From contig CAZLFP010000001.1 in assembly GCA_964558935.1 (NCBI GenBank), forward strand, positions 83,260 through 147,259: a stretch of 64,000 nt of DNA, in the 5' to 3' direction. Source of the stretch: an uncultured Gammaproteobacteria bacterium. GTDB taxonomy: Bacteria; Patescibacteriota; Patescibacteriia; 2-01-FULL-39-33. Within the stretch, counting starts at the first letter, position 1, and every line of letters starts with the position of its first letter. A program made the translations under genes and the position numbers. This document shows, one piece after another, positions 19,664 through 29,779 of this stretch. The notes beneath the pieces are model-generated. The model was not told the origin of the DNA. It searched no databases and saw only the letters and a program-made list of their open reading frames with translations.

Positions 19664-20581
19664 TTAAACTCTTAAGTATCTGCCCAAAGCCAAGCCACTG
19701 GCTGCTGTATTTAAAATAATAATACCGGCTAATTGACTGCCAAAAATAACCTGGAAATGCAGGTTGTAATAGTCTATTATGGTAAAGTCTAACCCACCAA
19801 AGAAATCGGCAATGTAGGGTTGCACAAATGAGAGCAGTCCGTAAATTAAGCCAATTGAAATACTGCAAGCAACCACTCCAGAAATTATATTCTCCAAAAT
19901 AAAGGGTGAGCGAATAAAGCCGTTATTGGCACCAACCAATTTCATAATTTCAATCTCTCCCCGATGGGTAAAAATGGCAATTCTAACCGTGTTATACACA
20001 ATTAAGATCGCAATAATGACAAAAATCCCGGCAATGATTAACCCACCTTTTTGGACGCTCTCGGTAATGGCATTAATTCTCTCAATCGCATCTTCATGAT
20101 CTTCATATGATGCCTTCTCAATTAAATCAGCGTAAGCTGGATTGTCCAAGGCACTTAAGATATCTGGGTAATCTTCCAAGTCTTTAGCTTTAACTATTAA
20201 AGTGGCACCCAAAGGATTGCCTTCCAGCTCGGTTAATGATTCTTGAATTGTGGCTTCATCTATATGTCTGAGTTTAAATTCTTCTAAATTTTGTTCGGGT
20301 GATTTGTAAATAATGCGGCTAATTTGAGGCATGGTTTCCAAGCTGGACTTCATGTCCTCAATTTTCACCTCTCTCACCTCAGGTTTGAAGTAGACGGAAA
20401 TATCTATCTTGTTCTTAACTTCCTGGATGGCCTGTTCTGACATGGCATTTATGACAATTAAAAAATTAATTGACATTAAAGTTAGGGTGATGATAAAAAT
20501 AGTGGCTAAAGACAGCCAAATATTCCTCCAAAAGGATTGGAAGGCGAATAAGAGACTACGACCAAATGAAATTAAAAACAT
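19664..20581 (-). CDS. ftsX: Cell division permease FtsX
   Basis: EIEIMKLVGA...IRSPF; TM layout; follows ftsE. Confidence 0.92.
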   Translation of the reverse strand: MFLISFGRSLLFAFQSFWRNIWLSLATIFIITLTLMSINFLIVINAMSEQAIQEVKNKIDISVYFKPEVREVKIEDMKSSLETMPQISRIIYKSPEQNLEEFKLRHIDEATIQESLTELEGNPLGATLIVKAKDLEDYPDILSALDNPAYADLIEKASYEDHEDAIERINAITESVQKGGLIIAGIFVIIAILIVYNTVRIAIFTHRGEIEIMKLVGANNGFIRSPFILENIISGVVACSISIGLIYGLLSFVQPYIADFFGGLDFTIIDYYNLHFQVIFGSQLAGIIILNTAASGLALGRYLRV

Positions 20582-20586
20582 AATGA

Positions 20587-21267
20587 TTAAATAACGTATT
20601 TACCTATTTTTTGATCTTGAACAATTTGTCCATCTTCTAAGGTAATAACTCTTTTTCTTAATTTATTAACGATATCTTTATTGTGAGTCACTAAGACAAC
20701 AGTTGTGCCAAAGTCATTGATTTTTTGCAATAATTCAATGATTTCCTGAGAATTAATAGCATCCAAATTACCGGTTGGCTCATCTGCCAACAATACCTTG
20801 GGTCGATGAATTAAGGATCTGGCAATGGCCACTCTTTGTCTTTCACCGCCAGACAGCTCTTGAGGGTAGCGATCCAACTTACCATCCAAATCTACAATTT
20901 TGAGCACTTGCGGCACGATTTGACGGATTTTACGACTGGAGGCTCCGGATACCTGCAAAGCAAAAGCGACGTTTTCAAAGACGGTTTTCTTGGGTAAAAG
21001 TTTAAAATCTTGAAAAACCACCCCAATTTGTCTTCTGAGTATGGGAATCTTACCTCTTCTAATACGTGTAATATCCCAACCACCAATGATGATTTGACCT
21101 TGATCTGGTTTAATTTCCGCAATCAACAGCCTGACAAGTGTGGTTTTACCGCATCCAGATTGACCCACGATTGAGACAAACTCACCCGGTTTGATGTGTA
21201 AGCTAACATTATTGAGAGCCGTGGTGTGTTTATCGAATTTTTTGCTAACTTTGATGATTTTTATCAT
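20587..21267 (-). CDS. ftsE: Cell division ATP-binding protein FtsE
   Basis: GQSGCGKTT; LRRQIGVVFQDFKLL; LSGGE; ADEPTGNLD. Confidence 0.95.
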   Translation of the reverse strand: MIKIIKVSKKFDKHTTALNNVSLHIKPGEFVSIVGQSGCGKTTLVRLLIAEIKPDQGQIIIGGWDITRIRRGKIPILRRQIGVVFQDFKLLPKKTVFENVAFALQVSGASSRKIRQIVPQVLKIVDLDGKLDRYPQELSGGERQRVAIARSLIHRPKVLLADEPTGNLDAINSQEIIELLQKINDFGTTVVLVTHNKDIVNKLRKRVITLEDGQIVQDQKIGKYVI

Positions 21268-21268
21268 A

Positions 21269-22069
21269 TTATTCTATTGCTGAAACTTTGACATTAATGA
21301 CTCCTTCCCAGGTAGGCGCCAAGACTTGAAAAGCGGTTTTGGATAAGTCAATGATCCTTTCTTGACAAGGACCCATGCTATCCAGTTCTTCTTGCGTCCA
21401 ATCTCGACACTCTTTGGGACCGTAGTCTTTGACACTGACTACGACAGATTGTTGATTCTCCAAATTAGTGACTTTTACTTGGGTGTCTAACTCAAAATCA
21501 CGACTGGCTGCGATTAACTGATTAGGGTATTTATAATGCACATACCAAGAAGCTTTACCGATTTGTTCTGCTGGTTCAAATAAGGCGAAAATGACAGACT
21601 TTTTATTAGGTATGTCAAAAGTCAAAGTCTGAGTGGTTGTATTGCGACGAACATCTAGTTTTTCAAAGCCTAACTGTCCCCAATTGTAATAGTATATGTC
21701 CTGGTTATGATTATCTGATGTGTAAGCGAGAGTAATCGTAGGCGGAAGATTGAACTGGTCGGTACCGGCTGGTGTAAAACGGATGGAATACAAATCACTG
21801 GCTGCCTGTTGGTTTTTCGGTAGTGTAAAATACCGGTAAATGCGTTCTTGTTTCACTAACCTGGTTAAGCGATAACTGAGTTTGCCTTGCGGACTACTGG
21901 TGGCAATTTCCAAAGTGACTTGTCCTTGAGGTGATGTGTAGGTAAATAACTCGTCTAATGGATAGTCTATGGCTTGTAAGCTCAGAAAATCTTCAGCCGC
22001 TGCTGGGTTAAAACAGGTCAGGCCAAAGCCTAGACTAATTATACAGTAAATAATTGTTTTTTTAAACAT
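21269..22069 (-). CDS. rlpA: Secreted RlpA-like (DPBB) lytic transglycosylase
   Basis: Signal peptide; GKASWY...VKVTNL...DYGP...RIIDLS. Confidence 0.8.
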   Translation of the reverse strand: MFKKTIIYCIISLGFGLTCFNPAAAEDFLSLQAIDYPLDELFTYTSPQGQVTLEIATSSPQGKLSYRLTRLVKQERIYRYFTLPKNQQAASDLYSIRFTPAGTDQFNLPPTITLAYTSDNHNQDIYYYNWGQLGFEKLDVRRNTTTQTLTFDIPNKKSVIFALFEPAEQIGKASWYVHYKYPNQLIAASRDFELDTQVKVTNLENQQSVVVSVKDYGPKECRDWTQEELDSMGPCQERIIDLSKTAFQVLAPTWEGVINVKVSAIE

Positions 22070-22093
22070 TTTTAGTTATAGTAATAGTGGATT

Positions 22094-22166
22094 GCCTGCG
22101 TAGCTCAGTTGGTAGAGCAATGGTATCGTAAACCAGTGGTCGTCAGTTCGAATCTGACCGTGGGCT
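22094..22166 (+). tRNA. tRNA-Thr(CGT), no encoded CCA
   Basis: GCCTGCG/CGTGGGC acceptor; TAGCTCAGTTGGTAGAGC; anticodon CGT; GTTCGAATC. Confidence 0.9.
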
Positions 22167-22169
22167 TAA

Positions 22170-23411
22170 TTATAACGGGATATATTCCTTAATATCTGCT
22201 TGTTGGTACAGGTTTTTTAAATGTTGAGTTACATCGACTCGGATTAATATGTGGGCCAATTTAACCGCTTGTTTACCTGTTTCAGCGTCAGTTAATTTTT
22301 GATTAACTTTAAAAATATGGTAACCAGAGCGGTTGGGAACTACTTGGTCGTATACCGTATGATTAGGCAGGCTGAAAATGATCTGTTCCAAATCAGGACT
22401 TAATTCTCCCTGGTTAATCCAGCCCAAGTCTCCACCGGTATTTACACCGCTTTCATCCTGAGTGAATTGTCCGGCAATTAAACTAAAATCGGCCGGATTA
22501 TCCATTGCAATATTTAATATATCTTGTGCCTGGTCTTTAGCGCTTTGGTTTATCTCTAAACTGGCATCCTGAGCAATTAGCTCTTGTAACTTATCCTGCA
22601 TTAACAGGGGCAACAGGACTTTGTATTTAAATTCATCCAAACTGAGTTTGTATAAATCGGCAATCGCATTTTTGGCATCTTGTGGATTACCGAATTGAGC
22701 TAACAGAGCATTCATGCGGTTATCTAATTCATCTTCAGTGACTTCAGCTTGGTATCTGTTGAGTTCATCTTTAATCAACTCCATCATGACCAAACGATTA
22801 AAAATTTGTTTTTCCATGTCTAATTGTTCAGCCGGTAGCAAGCTAACCCCAGCTCCTTCTCTTTCTTGGTCTACGGCAGCTTGAAGCAGAGCTAAATCTG
22901 ACCAGTAATCCGACAACTTAATCTTATGACCATTGACCTGTCCGGCCGGTAGAGATAGATATTTTGCGACTTGCTGACTAATTAACCCATGCCATTGCCA
23001 ATTGTATATGCCGTAGATATTTGCACCCAAAGCTAGTCCCAGTAAAATTAGAGCGGTTAACAGACCATGCCACCAGGTTAGACGAAAACCGATTTTAGGT
23101 TTGGTAACCCGTTGTTGGGTTGTGTATTCTGTTTTTTTAAGCTCTTCCCATTTAACATCTTCTGGTTGCTCAATAACTGAAACCACTTTTTCTTCCAAGG
23201 CTCTTTCTGGCACCCTTTTTGGCTTAGATTTACCGACTTTCTTGCGAACAACCTTTTTGAGAGGTGTTTGAACTTGTGAGGTCTTGACAGTTTTTTTGGC
23301 GGTTTTCTTACGTATGGTCTTTGTTGGAGTCTTAACCTTATTTAACTCACTTAAAATATTAGCTTTTAATTCGGATTTTTTAGTTTGTGATTTGGTTGAT
23401 TTAGCAGGCAT
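22170..23411 (-). CDS. SurA/PrsA-like parvulin PPIase with a Lys-rich N-terminal extension
   Basis: TM helix; SurA_N-like region; GGDLGW; GYHIFKV. Confidence 0.85.
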   Translation of the reverse strand: MPAKSTKSQTKKSELKANILSELNKVKTPTKTIRKKTAKKTVKTSQVQTPLKKVVRKKVGKSKPKRVPERALEEKVVSVIEQPEDVKWEELKKTEYTTQQRVTKPKIGFRLTWWHGLLTALILLGLALGANIYGIYNWQWHGLISQQVAKYLSLPAGQVNGHKIKLSDYWSDLALLQAAVDQEREGAGVSLLPAEQLDMEKQIFNRLVMMELIKDELNRYQAEVTEDELDNRMNALLAQFGNPQDAKNAIADLYKLSLDEFKYKVLLPLLMQDKLQELIAQDASLEINQSAKDQAQDILNIAMDNPADFSLIAGQFTQDESGVNTGGDLGWINQGELSPDLEQIIFSLPNHTVYDQVVPNRSGYHIFKVNQKLTDAETGKQAVKLAHILIRVDVTQHLKNLYQQADIKEYIPL

Positions 23412-23419
23412 AATTCTGA

Positions 23420-23854
23420 TTATGATTCAGGCTGGAAAAAGTATCTCCACCATTTAATGGGATTGGATACCTCTTGTTGGTCATTGGGTATGATAATTCC
23501 GCCAATAATTTGATCGCCTTGTTGTATGGTGTTCTTTGGAGCCTTGTCAGGTTGGTCGGGACGCATGATAATGACCGCTTGTTCATTGGGTTTTTTCAGG
23601 CCAAGTTTTAACCTGGCTTCCTTTTCCAGTCGGTTGCTTTCTGACCAATTGGATATTAAATTGCCAATTTCCTGGTTTTCCTTTTCCAGAGCCGCAATTT
23701 CATTTTCTAAACCAGTAATTTGTTTGTTGATCTGTTGCCGGTTGATTAATTCCTTAACCAAACCAACACTAAAAAAAATCAGGAACAAACTACTGACAGC
23801 TATCGCAACTCTCGCTTTTGTGATTAATTTTCGTTTGGTAAGCTTTCTAAACAT
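23420..23854 (-). CDS. Septum formation initiator (FtsB/DivIC family)
   Basis: TM + coiled coil + EKEARLKLGLKKPNE. Confidence 0.85.
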   Translation of the reverse strand: MFRKLTKRKLITKARVAIAVSSLFLIFFSVGLVKELINRQQINKQITGLENEIAALEKENQEIGNLISNWSESNRLEKEARLKLGLKKPNEQAVIIMRPDQPDKAPKNTIQQGDQIIGGIIIPNDQQEVSNPIKWWRYFFQPES

Positions 23855-23877
23855 GATTATTATAGCATAAAAAATAG

Positions 23878-24462
23878 TTAGTCAGCAATTAAACGTTCAT
23901 ATTGTTGACTGCCTAGCTTGGTCTTAATTTTATTGAGTAGTTTTAGGGCAGCTTGGTTGTTCTTATCCTGCTTCTGTGCGACATAGACTTCCTGTAGAGT
24001 CACAATTTGATCAACTAATGCTTGTGGTTGAGCAATATTGGGCAGTTTCAATTTACTATGATTGTTTAAACTGATATAAATATCTCCGATTTTTAAAATC
24101 GATTTAACCACACCATGACATTGGTAGGAAATATCTTGGATTTGACTGTAAACTACACTGACAACCGACCGACTCAAAATGTTTTTTTGTTCCACTTCTA
24201 TTAGACGACGATTGGTTAAGAGAATAACCGTATAGTGGTATTTCAAATAGGTTCGGATTAACCAGAGAAGACTGACTATAATTAAAGATACAAAAATAAT
24301 TATACCTGCTTGACCTTGATGAAATAAAGGATAGATCAGAAAAAAAGGCAGTGCCAATATCACTAATCCGACTAAGACAGGTAAAACAATGATCCAGATT
24401 GAACGCCTGGTCAGAGATTGTGTATATTCATTGGGTGTGTATTTAACTGCCGAGGGCCACAT
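23878..24462 (-). CDS. Bacterial PH-domain membrane protein
   Basis: Two TMs, then LLTNRRLI...IQDI...GDI; start placed at MWPS to reduce overlap. Confidence 0.7.
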   Translation of the reverse strand: MWPSAVKYTPNEYTQSLTRRSIWIIVLPVLVGLVILALPFFLIYPLFHQGQAGIIIFVSLIIVSLLWLIRTYLKYHYTVILLTNRRLIEVEQKNILSRSVVSVVYSQIQDISYQCHGVVKSILKIGDIYISLNNHSKLKLPNIAQPQALVDQIVTLQEVYVAQKQDKNNQAALKLLNKIKTKLGSQQYERLIAD

Positions 24463-27142
24463 GTTTGATTTGACTTCTAACAATAAAATAATATTTAACA
24501 ACTTCAATCAGTAGGATTTTAATAATGCCAAAAGATATAATTACACTCCATTCCAACCAGCCAATATGAATTGTCTTAAAAATCGGTTGTAACCAAGGCA
24601 GATATATGGCAGCCAGCATGACTAGTAAGCCAATAAACACTGACCCCAGTAAGTATTTGTTTTGGAACAAGTTGCTTTTAAAAATCGTTTTACGCATAGT
24701 TCTAACACTAAAGACATACAACAGAGAATCAAAACCCAAAGCAGCAAAGATGACTGTCCGAATATAGTTTAGGTCTGTGTAGTGTCTGAGTAGGTAGAAA
24801 AACAGGCCAAGCAAGATGATATCTGTAACGATTCCAATAATGAAGATCAAAATTTTCATTTCACGGTTCATTATTTTTTCCTCCTTTTTTCTGGGAGGAT
24901 CCTGCATAATACCCGGTTCTCCAGGTTCCAAGGTCATGGCGATATTAGGCAGGCCGTCTGCCACCAAATTAATCCACAGGATTTGAGTTGCCAAAATGGG
25001 CAAAGGCAAACCCAATACAATACTACCGGTAATTAAGATCATCTCCGAAAAACTATCTGCCAGCAAATAGACAATGATCTTACGAATGTTATCAAAAATA
25101 ATTCTACCCTGTCGAATGGCCGCTACAATGACGCTAAAATTATTGTCCAGCAGAATGATATCGGCTGTTTCTTTGGTTACATCTGAACCGTCTCCCAAGG
25201 CAATGCCAATATCAGCCGCTTTTAGAGCTGGGGCGTCGTTTACACCATCGCCTGTCATGGCCACTACTTCCCCATTAGCTTGCCAAGCATCAACAATCCT
25301 TAACTTATGTCTGGGCTCAACTCTGGCATAGATGTCAATCTCTTTAATCTTGGTCTGTAGCGTTTTATCATCCCACTTATCTATCGCTTGGCCTTCAACC
25401 AAATTATGGTTAATTTTAATCCCCAGTTCTTCGTAAATAGCTTTTGCTGTTAAGCGATGGTCACCGGTGATCATTATGGGTCTTATCCCCGCTTTTAAAC
25501 ATTGCTGAATGGCTTGTTTGGCTTCTTCACGTAAAGGATCTTTTAAGGCTACAAAACCCAAAAAAACCAAGTCATCCAGATTATTTTCCAGTGGCTGGTC
25601 TATTTTACTGTCTGTTTTGTAGGCAAAGGCCAGCAGTCTTAATCCTTGCTTGGTTAATTTTTCATACTGACTAATTAAGGCTTTGCGTTTGTTGACAGTC
25701 AATTTAATTTTTTGACTGTTAATTAAAACTCTTTGGCATTTGTCTAAGACAATTTCCGGTGCTCCTTTCATGAAAACATGGCTGTGTTTAGCCTGCTGAT
25801 GTCGGTTTAAGGTCGCCATGTATTTGTTTTCTGAACTGAAAGGAATTTCAGCTATTCTTAGATATTCTTTTTCCAGCTGATGCTTGTCATACCCAGATTG
25901 AATACCGGCCAACAGCAGTGCCGCTTCCGTCGGATCACCTATAATCTTTAATTCAGCCATTTTCGCTTCTGGATTTTCCACATCCGCATTGTTACACAGG
26001 ACACCGGTTTTAATGACCAAATCATGCACCTTCTCTAATGTAGATTGCTCCACAAAGGAAGAGATTTTAAGTTCATCTTGAGCCGTAATAATGGTATCTA
26101 CCTGCATTTTACCTTCTGTTAAAGTGCCGGTTTTGTCTGTGCAAATAATGGAAGTGCTACCCAAGGTTTCAGCGGCTAACAATTTTCTGACCAGAGCTTT
26201 TCTTTTTAAAATCACTTGCATGCCAATGGTAAGTACAATAGTGACTGAGACTAACAAACCTTCAGGAATAGCTGCTACCGCTAATGCTACAGTGATAATG
26301 AACATATCTACCGGATTCTGTCCGTTTAGAAAGCCGATTGTAAAAACCAGAAAAGCCAAACTAACCACCATTACTGTCAGCCAATTGCTAAATTGAATTA
26401 ATTTTAATTGCAGGGGTGTCAAATCTTCCTCAGCTTGGTGAATTAAGCTGGTAATCCGACCAATTTCTGTATTATGACCGGTATTGCAAACCACTGCCAA
26501 GCCAATACCTCTGGCCACTAAAGTACCCATATACACCATATTTTCCCGATCAGCCATGGCCACACCCTTCTTTAAGGGTTGAGTTTTTTTACGTGAAGGT
26601 TCAGATTCTCCCGTCAAACTGGCTTCAATTACAGACAGATTGTCGGCTTTAAACAAACGACAATCTGCCGGTACTTTGTTGCCGGCTTCCAAATAGATAA
26701 CATCTCCTGGCACTAGCAGACTGGCATCAATTTTCAATTTGTGACCATCACGGCTAACAATGGCTTCTTGACTGACAATTTTTTGCAAATGCTCAATGGC
26801 TTGGTTGGCTTTGTATTCCTGCCAAAAACCAAAAATGGTGTTAATGAAAACAGCAAAAAAAATAACACCGGCATCAGTCAGGTGGTTTAAAAAAATAGAT
26901 ACAGTGCCAGCAAAAAATAGTATGTAAACCAAAGGTGATTTAATCTGGTTTAACAAAATTTCCAGCCAAGAATGCTTGCGTTCCTCCGGTAGAATGTTTT
27001 TTCCGACTTGCTTCAGTCTATGTTCAGCTGTTGCAGTTGTTAAACCTTGTTTACTGGTTTTTAATTTTTTGACAGTTTCAGAAATGGTCAGACTATGCCA
27101 ATTGGTTTGTGCTAGTTTGGAGAATCTGGGGGTTTGAGCCAT
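24443..27142 (-). CDS. Cation (Ca2+-type) P-type ATPase
   Basis: TGES; IPEGL; DKTGTLT; KGAPE; TGD; GDGVNDAP. Confidence 0.95.
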   Translation of the reverse strand: MAQTPRFSKLAQTNWHSLTISETVKKLKTSKQGLTTATAEHRLKQVGKNILPEERKHSWLEILLNQIKSPLVYILFFAGTVSIFLNHLTDAGVIFFAVFINTIFGFWQEYKANQAIEHLQKIVSQEAIVSRDGHKLKIDASLLVPGDVIYLEAGNKVPADCRLFKADNLSVIEASLTGESEPSRKKTQPLKKGVAMADRENMVYMGTLVARGIGLAVVCNTGHNTEIGRITSLIHQAEEDLTPLQLKLIQFSNWLTVMVVSLAFLVFTIGFLNGQNPVDMFIITVALAVAAIPEGLLVSVTIVLTIGMQVILKRKALVRKLLAAETLGSTSIICTDKTGTLTEGKMQVDTIITAQDELKISSFVEQSTLEKVHDLVIKTGVLCNNADVENPEAKMAELKIIGDPTEAALLLAGIQSGYDKHQLEKEYLRIAEIPFSSENKYMATLNRHQQAKHSHVFMKGAPEIVLDKCQRVLINSQKIKLTVNKRKALISQYEKLTKQGLRLLAFAYKTDSKIDQPLENNLDDLVFLGFVALKDPLREEAKQAIQQCLKAGIRPIMITGDHRLTAKAIYEELGIKINHNLVEGQAIDKWDDKTLQTKIKEIDIYARVEPRHKLRIVDAWQANGEVVAMTGDGVNDAPALKAADIGIALGDGSDVTKETADIILLDNNFSVIVAAIRQGRIIFDNIRKIIVYLLADSFSEMILITGSIVLGLPLPILATQILWINLVADGLPNIAMTLEPGEPGIMQDPPRKKEEKIMNREMKILIFIIGIVTDIILLGLFFYLLRHYTDLNYIRTVIFAALGFDSLLYVFSVRTMRKTIFKSNLFQNKYLLGSVFIGLLVMLAAIYLPWLQPIFKTIHIGWLEWSVIISFGIIKILLIEVVKYYFIVRSQIKHVALGS

Positions 27143-27150
27143 GTCTAGAA

Positions 27151-28164
27151 TTAAAAAATGTTAAAGAGTTTACCCACGAACAAAATATACAGAATTAGAT
27201 AGAAAGCACCTTCCCACATATGAATTCGTCTTGAGATACCGGAAATTACAAAGAGCAAAGTAGCTAAAGCCATAACCGGTACACCAATGAGAAAAGTTTG
27301 TTCATCCACAGCCAGTGTCGTAAACAAGCCGGGAATGCCAATTACGACTAAAGCGTTGAAAATATTAGAGCCAAATACATTACCAATCGCCATTTCTGAC
27401 TTATGATTGCGAATGGCTTTAATGGAAACAATTAATTCGGGTAGAGATGTACCAAGAGCCACAGCCGTAATGGCGATGACACCGGCACCGATGTTGATCA
27501 TTTCAGACAATTTAATCACTGATTCAATTAAATAATTGGCACCAACCACTAAGCCGGCCAAGCCTAAGAATAGCAAACCAAAATCCCGAGCTGTCAATTT
27601 AGGTTTTTGACTGGTTTCTTTGGTTTTTTTGTGATCTTTTTTAATCACCGACTTTCTTCTTCTGTCTGGTCTGGCTGGTAAAATATCTGCGATTTCGACT
27701 GAATCATCATCATCTTTATGTAAAATAGTGTAAAGCAGATATATGATGTAAGTAATTAACAGTAGAATTGATTCACCCAGAGTAATTTGTCTGTCAACCA
27801 CCGTCACCAACAAAACGACCGTACTAATGGCCAATAGGGGTAAATCTAAATCAATTAAAGACTTGGTTACAATTAATTTCTTGCCAATTAAGGCACTGAG
27901 TCCGATAATCAGCAGAATATTGGCAATATTCGAACCAATTGCATTAGCAGCGACAATTTCTGTCACTCCCCTAAAAACTGCCAATAATGAAGAAATTAGT
28001 TCAGGAAAGGAAGTACCTAAGCCGACAATCACCACTCCGATAATAAAAGGAGACAGTCCAATGGCTAAGCCAATTCTCTCAGCGCTACCCAGCAGCCAGT
28101 CCGCCCCTTTAACTAAGGCGAATAAGGAAGCAGCAAAAACTAAAACCCAAAGTAAAATTTCCAT
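27151..28164 (-). CDS. Calcium/sodium antiporter (YrbG family)
   Basis: Two GTSxPE...GSNI alpha repeats. Confidence 0.92.
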   Translation of the reverse strand: MEILLWVLVFAASLFALVKGADWLLGSAERIGLAIGLSPFIIGVVIVGLGTSFPELISSLLAVFRGVTEIVAANAIGSNIANILLIIGLSALIGKKLIVTKSLIDLDLPLLAISTVVLLVTVVDRQITLGESILLLITYIIYLLYTILHKDDDDSVEIADILPARPDRRRKSVIKKDHKKTKETSQKPKLTARDFGLLFLGLAGLVVGANYLIESVIKLSEMINIGAGVIAITAVALGTSLPELIVSIKAIRNHKSEMAIGNVFGSNIFNALVVIGIPGLFTTLAVDEQTFLIGVPVMALATLLFVISGISRRIHMWEGAFYLILYILFVGKLFNIF

Positions 28165-28288
28165 AGAGTTGAAAATTATTATGTCTATCTCTAAATGATT
28201 AAATTTATTATACCATATATTTCCCTAAATGATTAACCTTGCCAAAATTCATTTTATTTGTTATAATAAGATAGTTAAAACTTAGTTT

Positions 28289-28361
28289 GCGCCTATAGCT
28301 CAGTTGGTAGAGCAACAGCCTTTTAAGCTGATGGTCCCAGGTTCGAGTCCTGGTGGGCGTA
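28289..28361 (+). tRNA. tRNA-Lys(TTT), no encoded CCA
   Basis: Cloverleaf; CAGC-CT-TTT-AA-GCTG; GGTTCGAGTCC. Confidence 0.93.
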
Positions 28362-28365
28362 CTGA

Positions 28366-28391
28366 AAAGACCTGTCTTGTGACAGGTCTTT
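28366..28391. terminator. Terminator between tRNA-Lys and the convergent gene
   Basis: AAAGACCTGTC-TTGT-GACAGGTCTTT perfect stem. Confidence 0.75.
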
Positions 28392-28414
28392 AATATTAAT
28401 ATATTTAAGAATTA

Positions 28415-29644
28415 TTAGAATCTAATATTCTCACCTAAATTAGTGGCAGCAATAAACATAATAACAAAGATTAAGAAAAAGATCTGCCAAAAAAAGACCA
28501 TTAAACCATCTTTAGGCCTATTTCTAAATCCATAATAAACAGGTAAAGCTAATATAGATATGATAATTGTAATAATAATTAAGATAACTACCAGCAGCGT
28601 GGCTAAATCATTATGACGAACTAAATCATCTATCCATTCAGGCACTTTCATGGCGATATAGATAATAATTGGTATAATTAAAGCTCCAATTAAACCGGTT
28701 ATAGCAGCAAAATGTAAAGGCAAAGACTGTCTATCTTTTTGAAAAATGACCTGTTTTTTTATCGTTTCTTTCTTATTTTTAACCCGCCAGTTAATTAAGA
28801 ATACAGTCCCTATAATACCAGCTAATATTAAAATACCTATGAATAATTTAAGATAATATAATCCAAACCAGGTTTTAGCATACACACCCTTAACATGAAA
28901 GGTTTCATTTGGCAATAGATAATTAGCTGTTTTATTAATCTTGCCATAGGAACCAACTCGTCTAGAAAAATCTTGTAAAGCTGCAGATTCTTTAAATTCT
29001 GATCCCGCTGTCATAGCAGTATCAAAACCGGTATAGGCATAATCTATACTGGATTTTTGACCCTCAAAAAATAAATCTGTATCTACATTAACGGAAATTT
29101 TAGCTGTTGTAATATTATCGTCAACTCTTAAAGTTAAAAAATCAAAATTCTTTCGACCAAATAGACCGTTTTTAGCATAACCAAAACCTCGATAATGCAT
29201 TAGCACCACACCGGATTGAAAAGAATCAATGTAAGCATTTAAATCAACTGAATATGTATTCTCAGATTGATCAAAGTCCAATTTTTGATAAACGATTTCA
29301 TTTGGATTATCCCGATAAGATCTATTACATTCAGTATTACTTAAAATCTGCTTAGTTGTCTTGTTGCGACATATTTCCTGAAAGAAACTCACTTGTCCAA
29401 CATTAAGATCTAAAATTTCAACTTCTAAGTCATTAATTGGTACTTTTGTACCATTACTGGTAATAATTTTAGCTCCCACCACCACTTCTCCATTGCCCCT
29501 AAATAAGACAGAATAGAAATGTTCTTGGCCAAAAGGACCTGTTTCAGTAGATTCTGGATAATATGGTTCAGGTACAATAGTAGCTTGAGCTGTTAAACCA
29601 ATCAAAAAGCTAACTAAAAGGGTAAAAATTAGTTTAAATTTCAT
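28415..29644 (-). CDS. Hypothetical membrane protein (signal peptide, extracellular domain, four C-terminal TMs)
   Basis: Hydrophobicity pattern of the 409-aa ORF. Confidence 0.7.
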   Translation of the reverse strand: MKFKLIFTLLVSFLIGLTAQATIVPEPYYPESTETGPFGQEHFYSVLFRGNGEVVVGAKIITSNGTKVPINDLEVEILDLNVGQVSFFQEICRNKTTKQILSNTECNRSYRDNPNEIVYQKLDFDQSENTYSVDLNAYIDSFQSGVVLMHYRGFGYAKNGLFGRKNFDFLTLRVDDNITTAKISVNVDTDLFFEGQKSSIDYAYTGFDTAMTAGSEFKESAALQDFSRRVGSYGKINKTANYLLPNETFHVKGVYAKTWFGLYYLKLFIGILILAGIIGTVFLINWRVKNKKETIKKQVIFQKDRQSLPLHFAAITGLIGALIIPIIIYIAMKVPEWIDDLVRHNDLATLLVVILIIITIIISILALPVYYGFRNRPKDGLMVFFWQIFFLIFVIMFIAATNLGENIRF

Positions 29645-29779
29645 ATTAATCTTTAATATTAATAAGTTAGATGATTGATGTATACATTATAGTTCAGAAT
29701 GATTTAAATAACCAGGATAACCTGTTTACAAACTAGATTTGCTTTAATGGATATCATCAGCTAAAATAAAGCTAAATTT

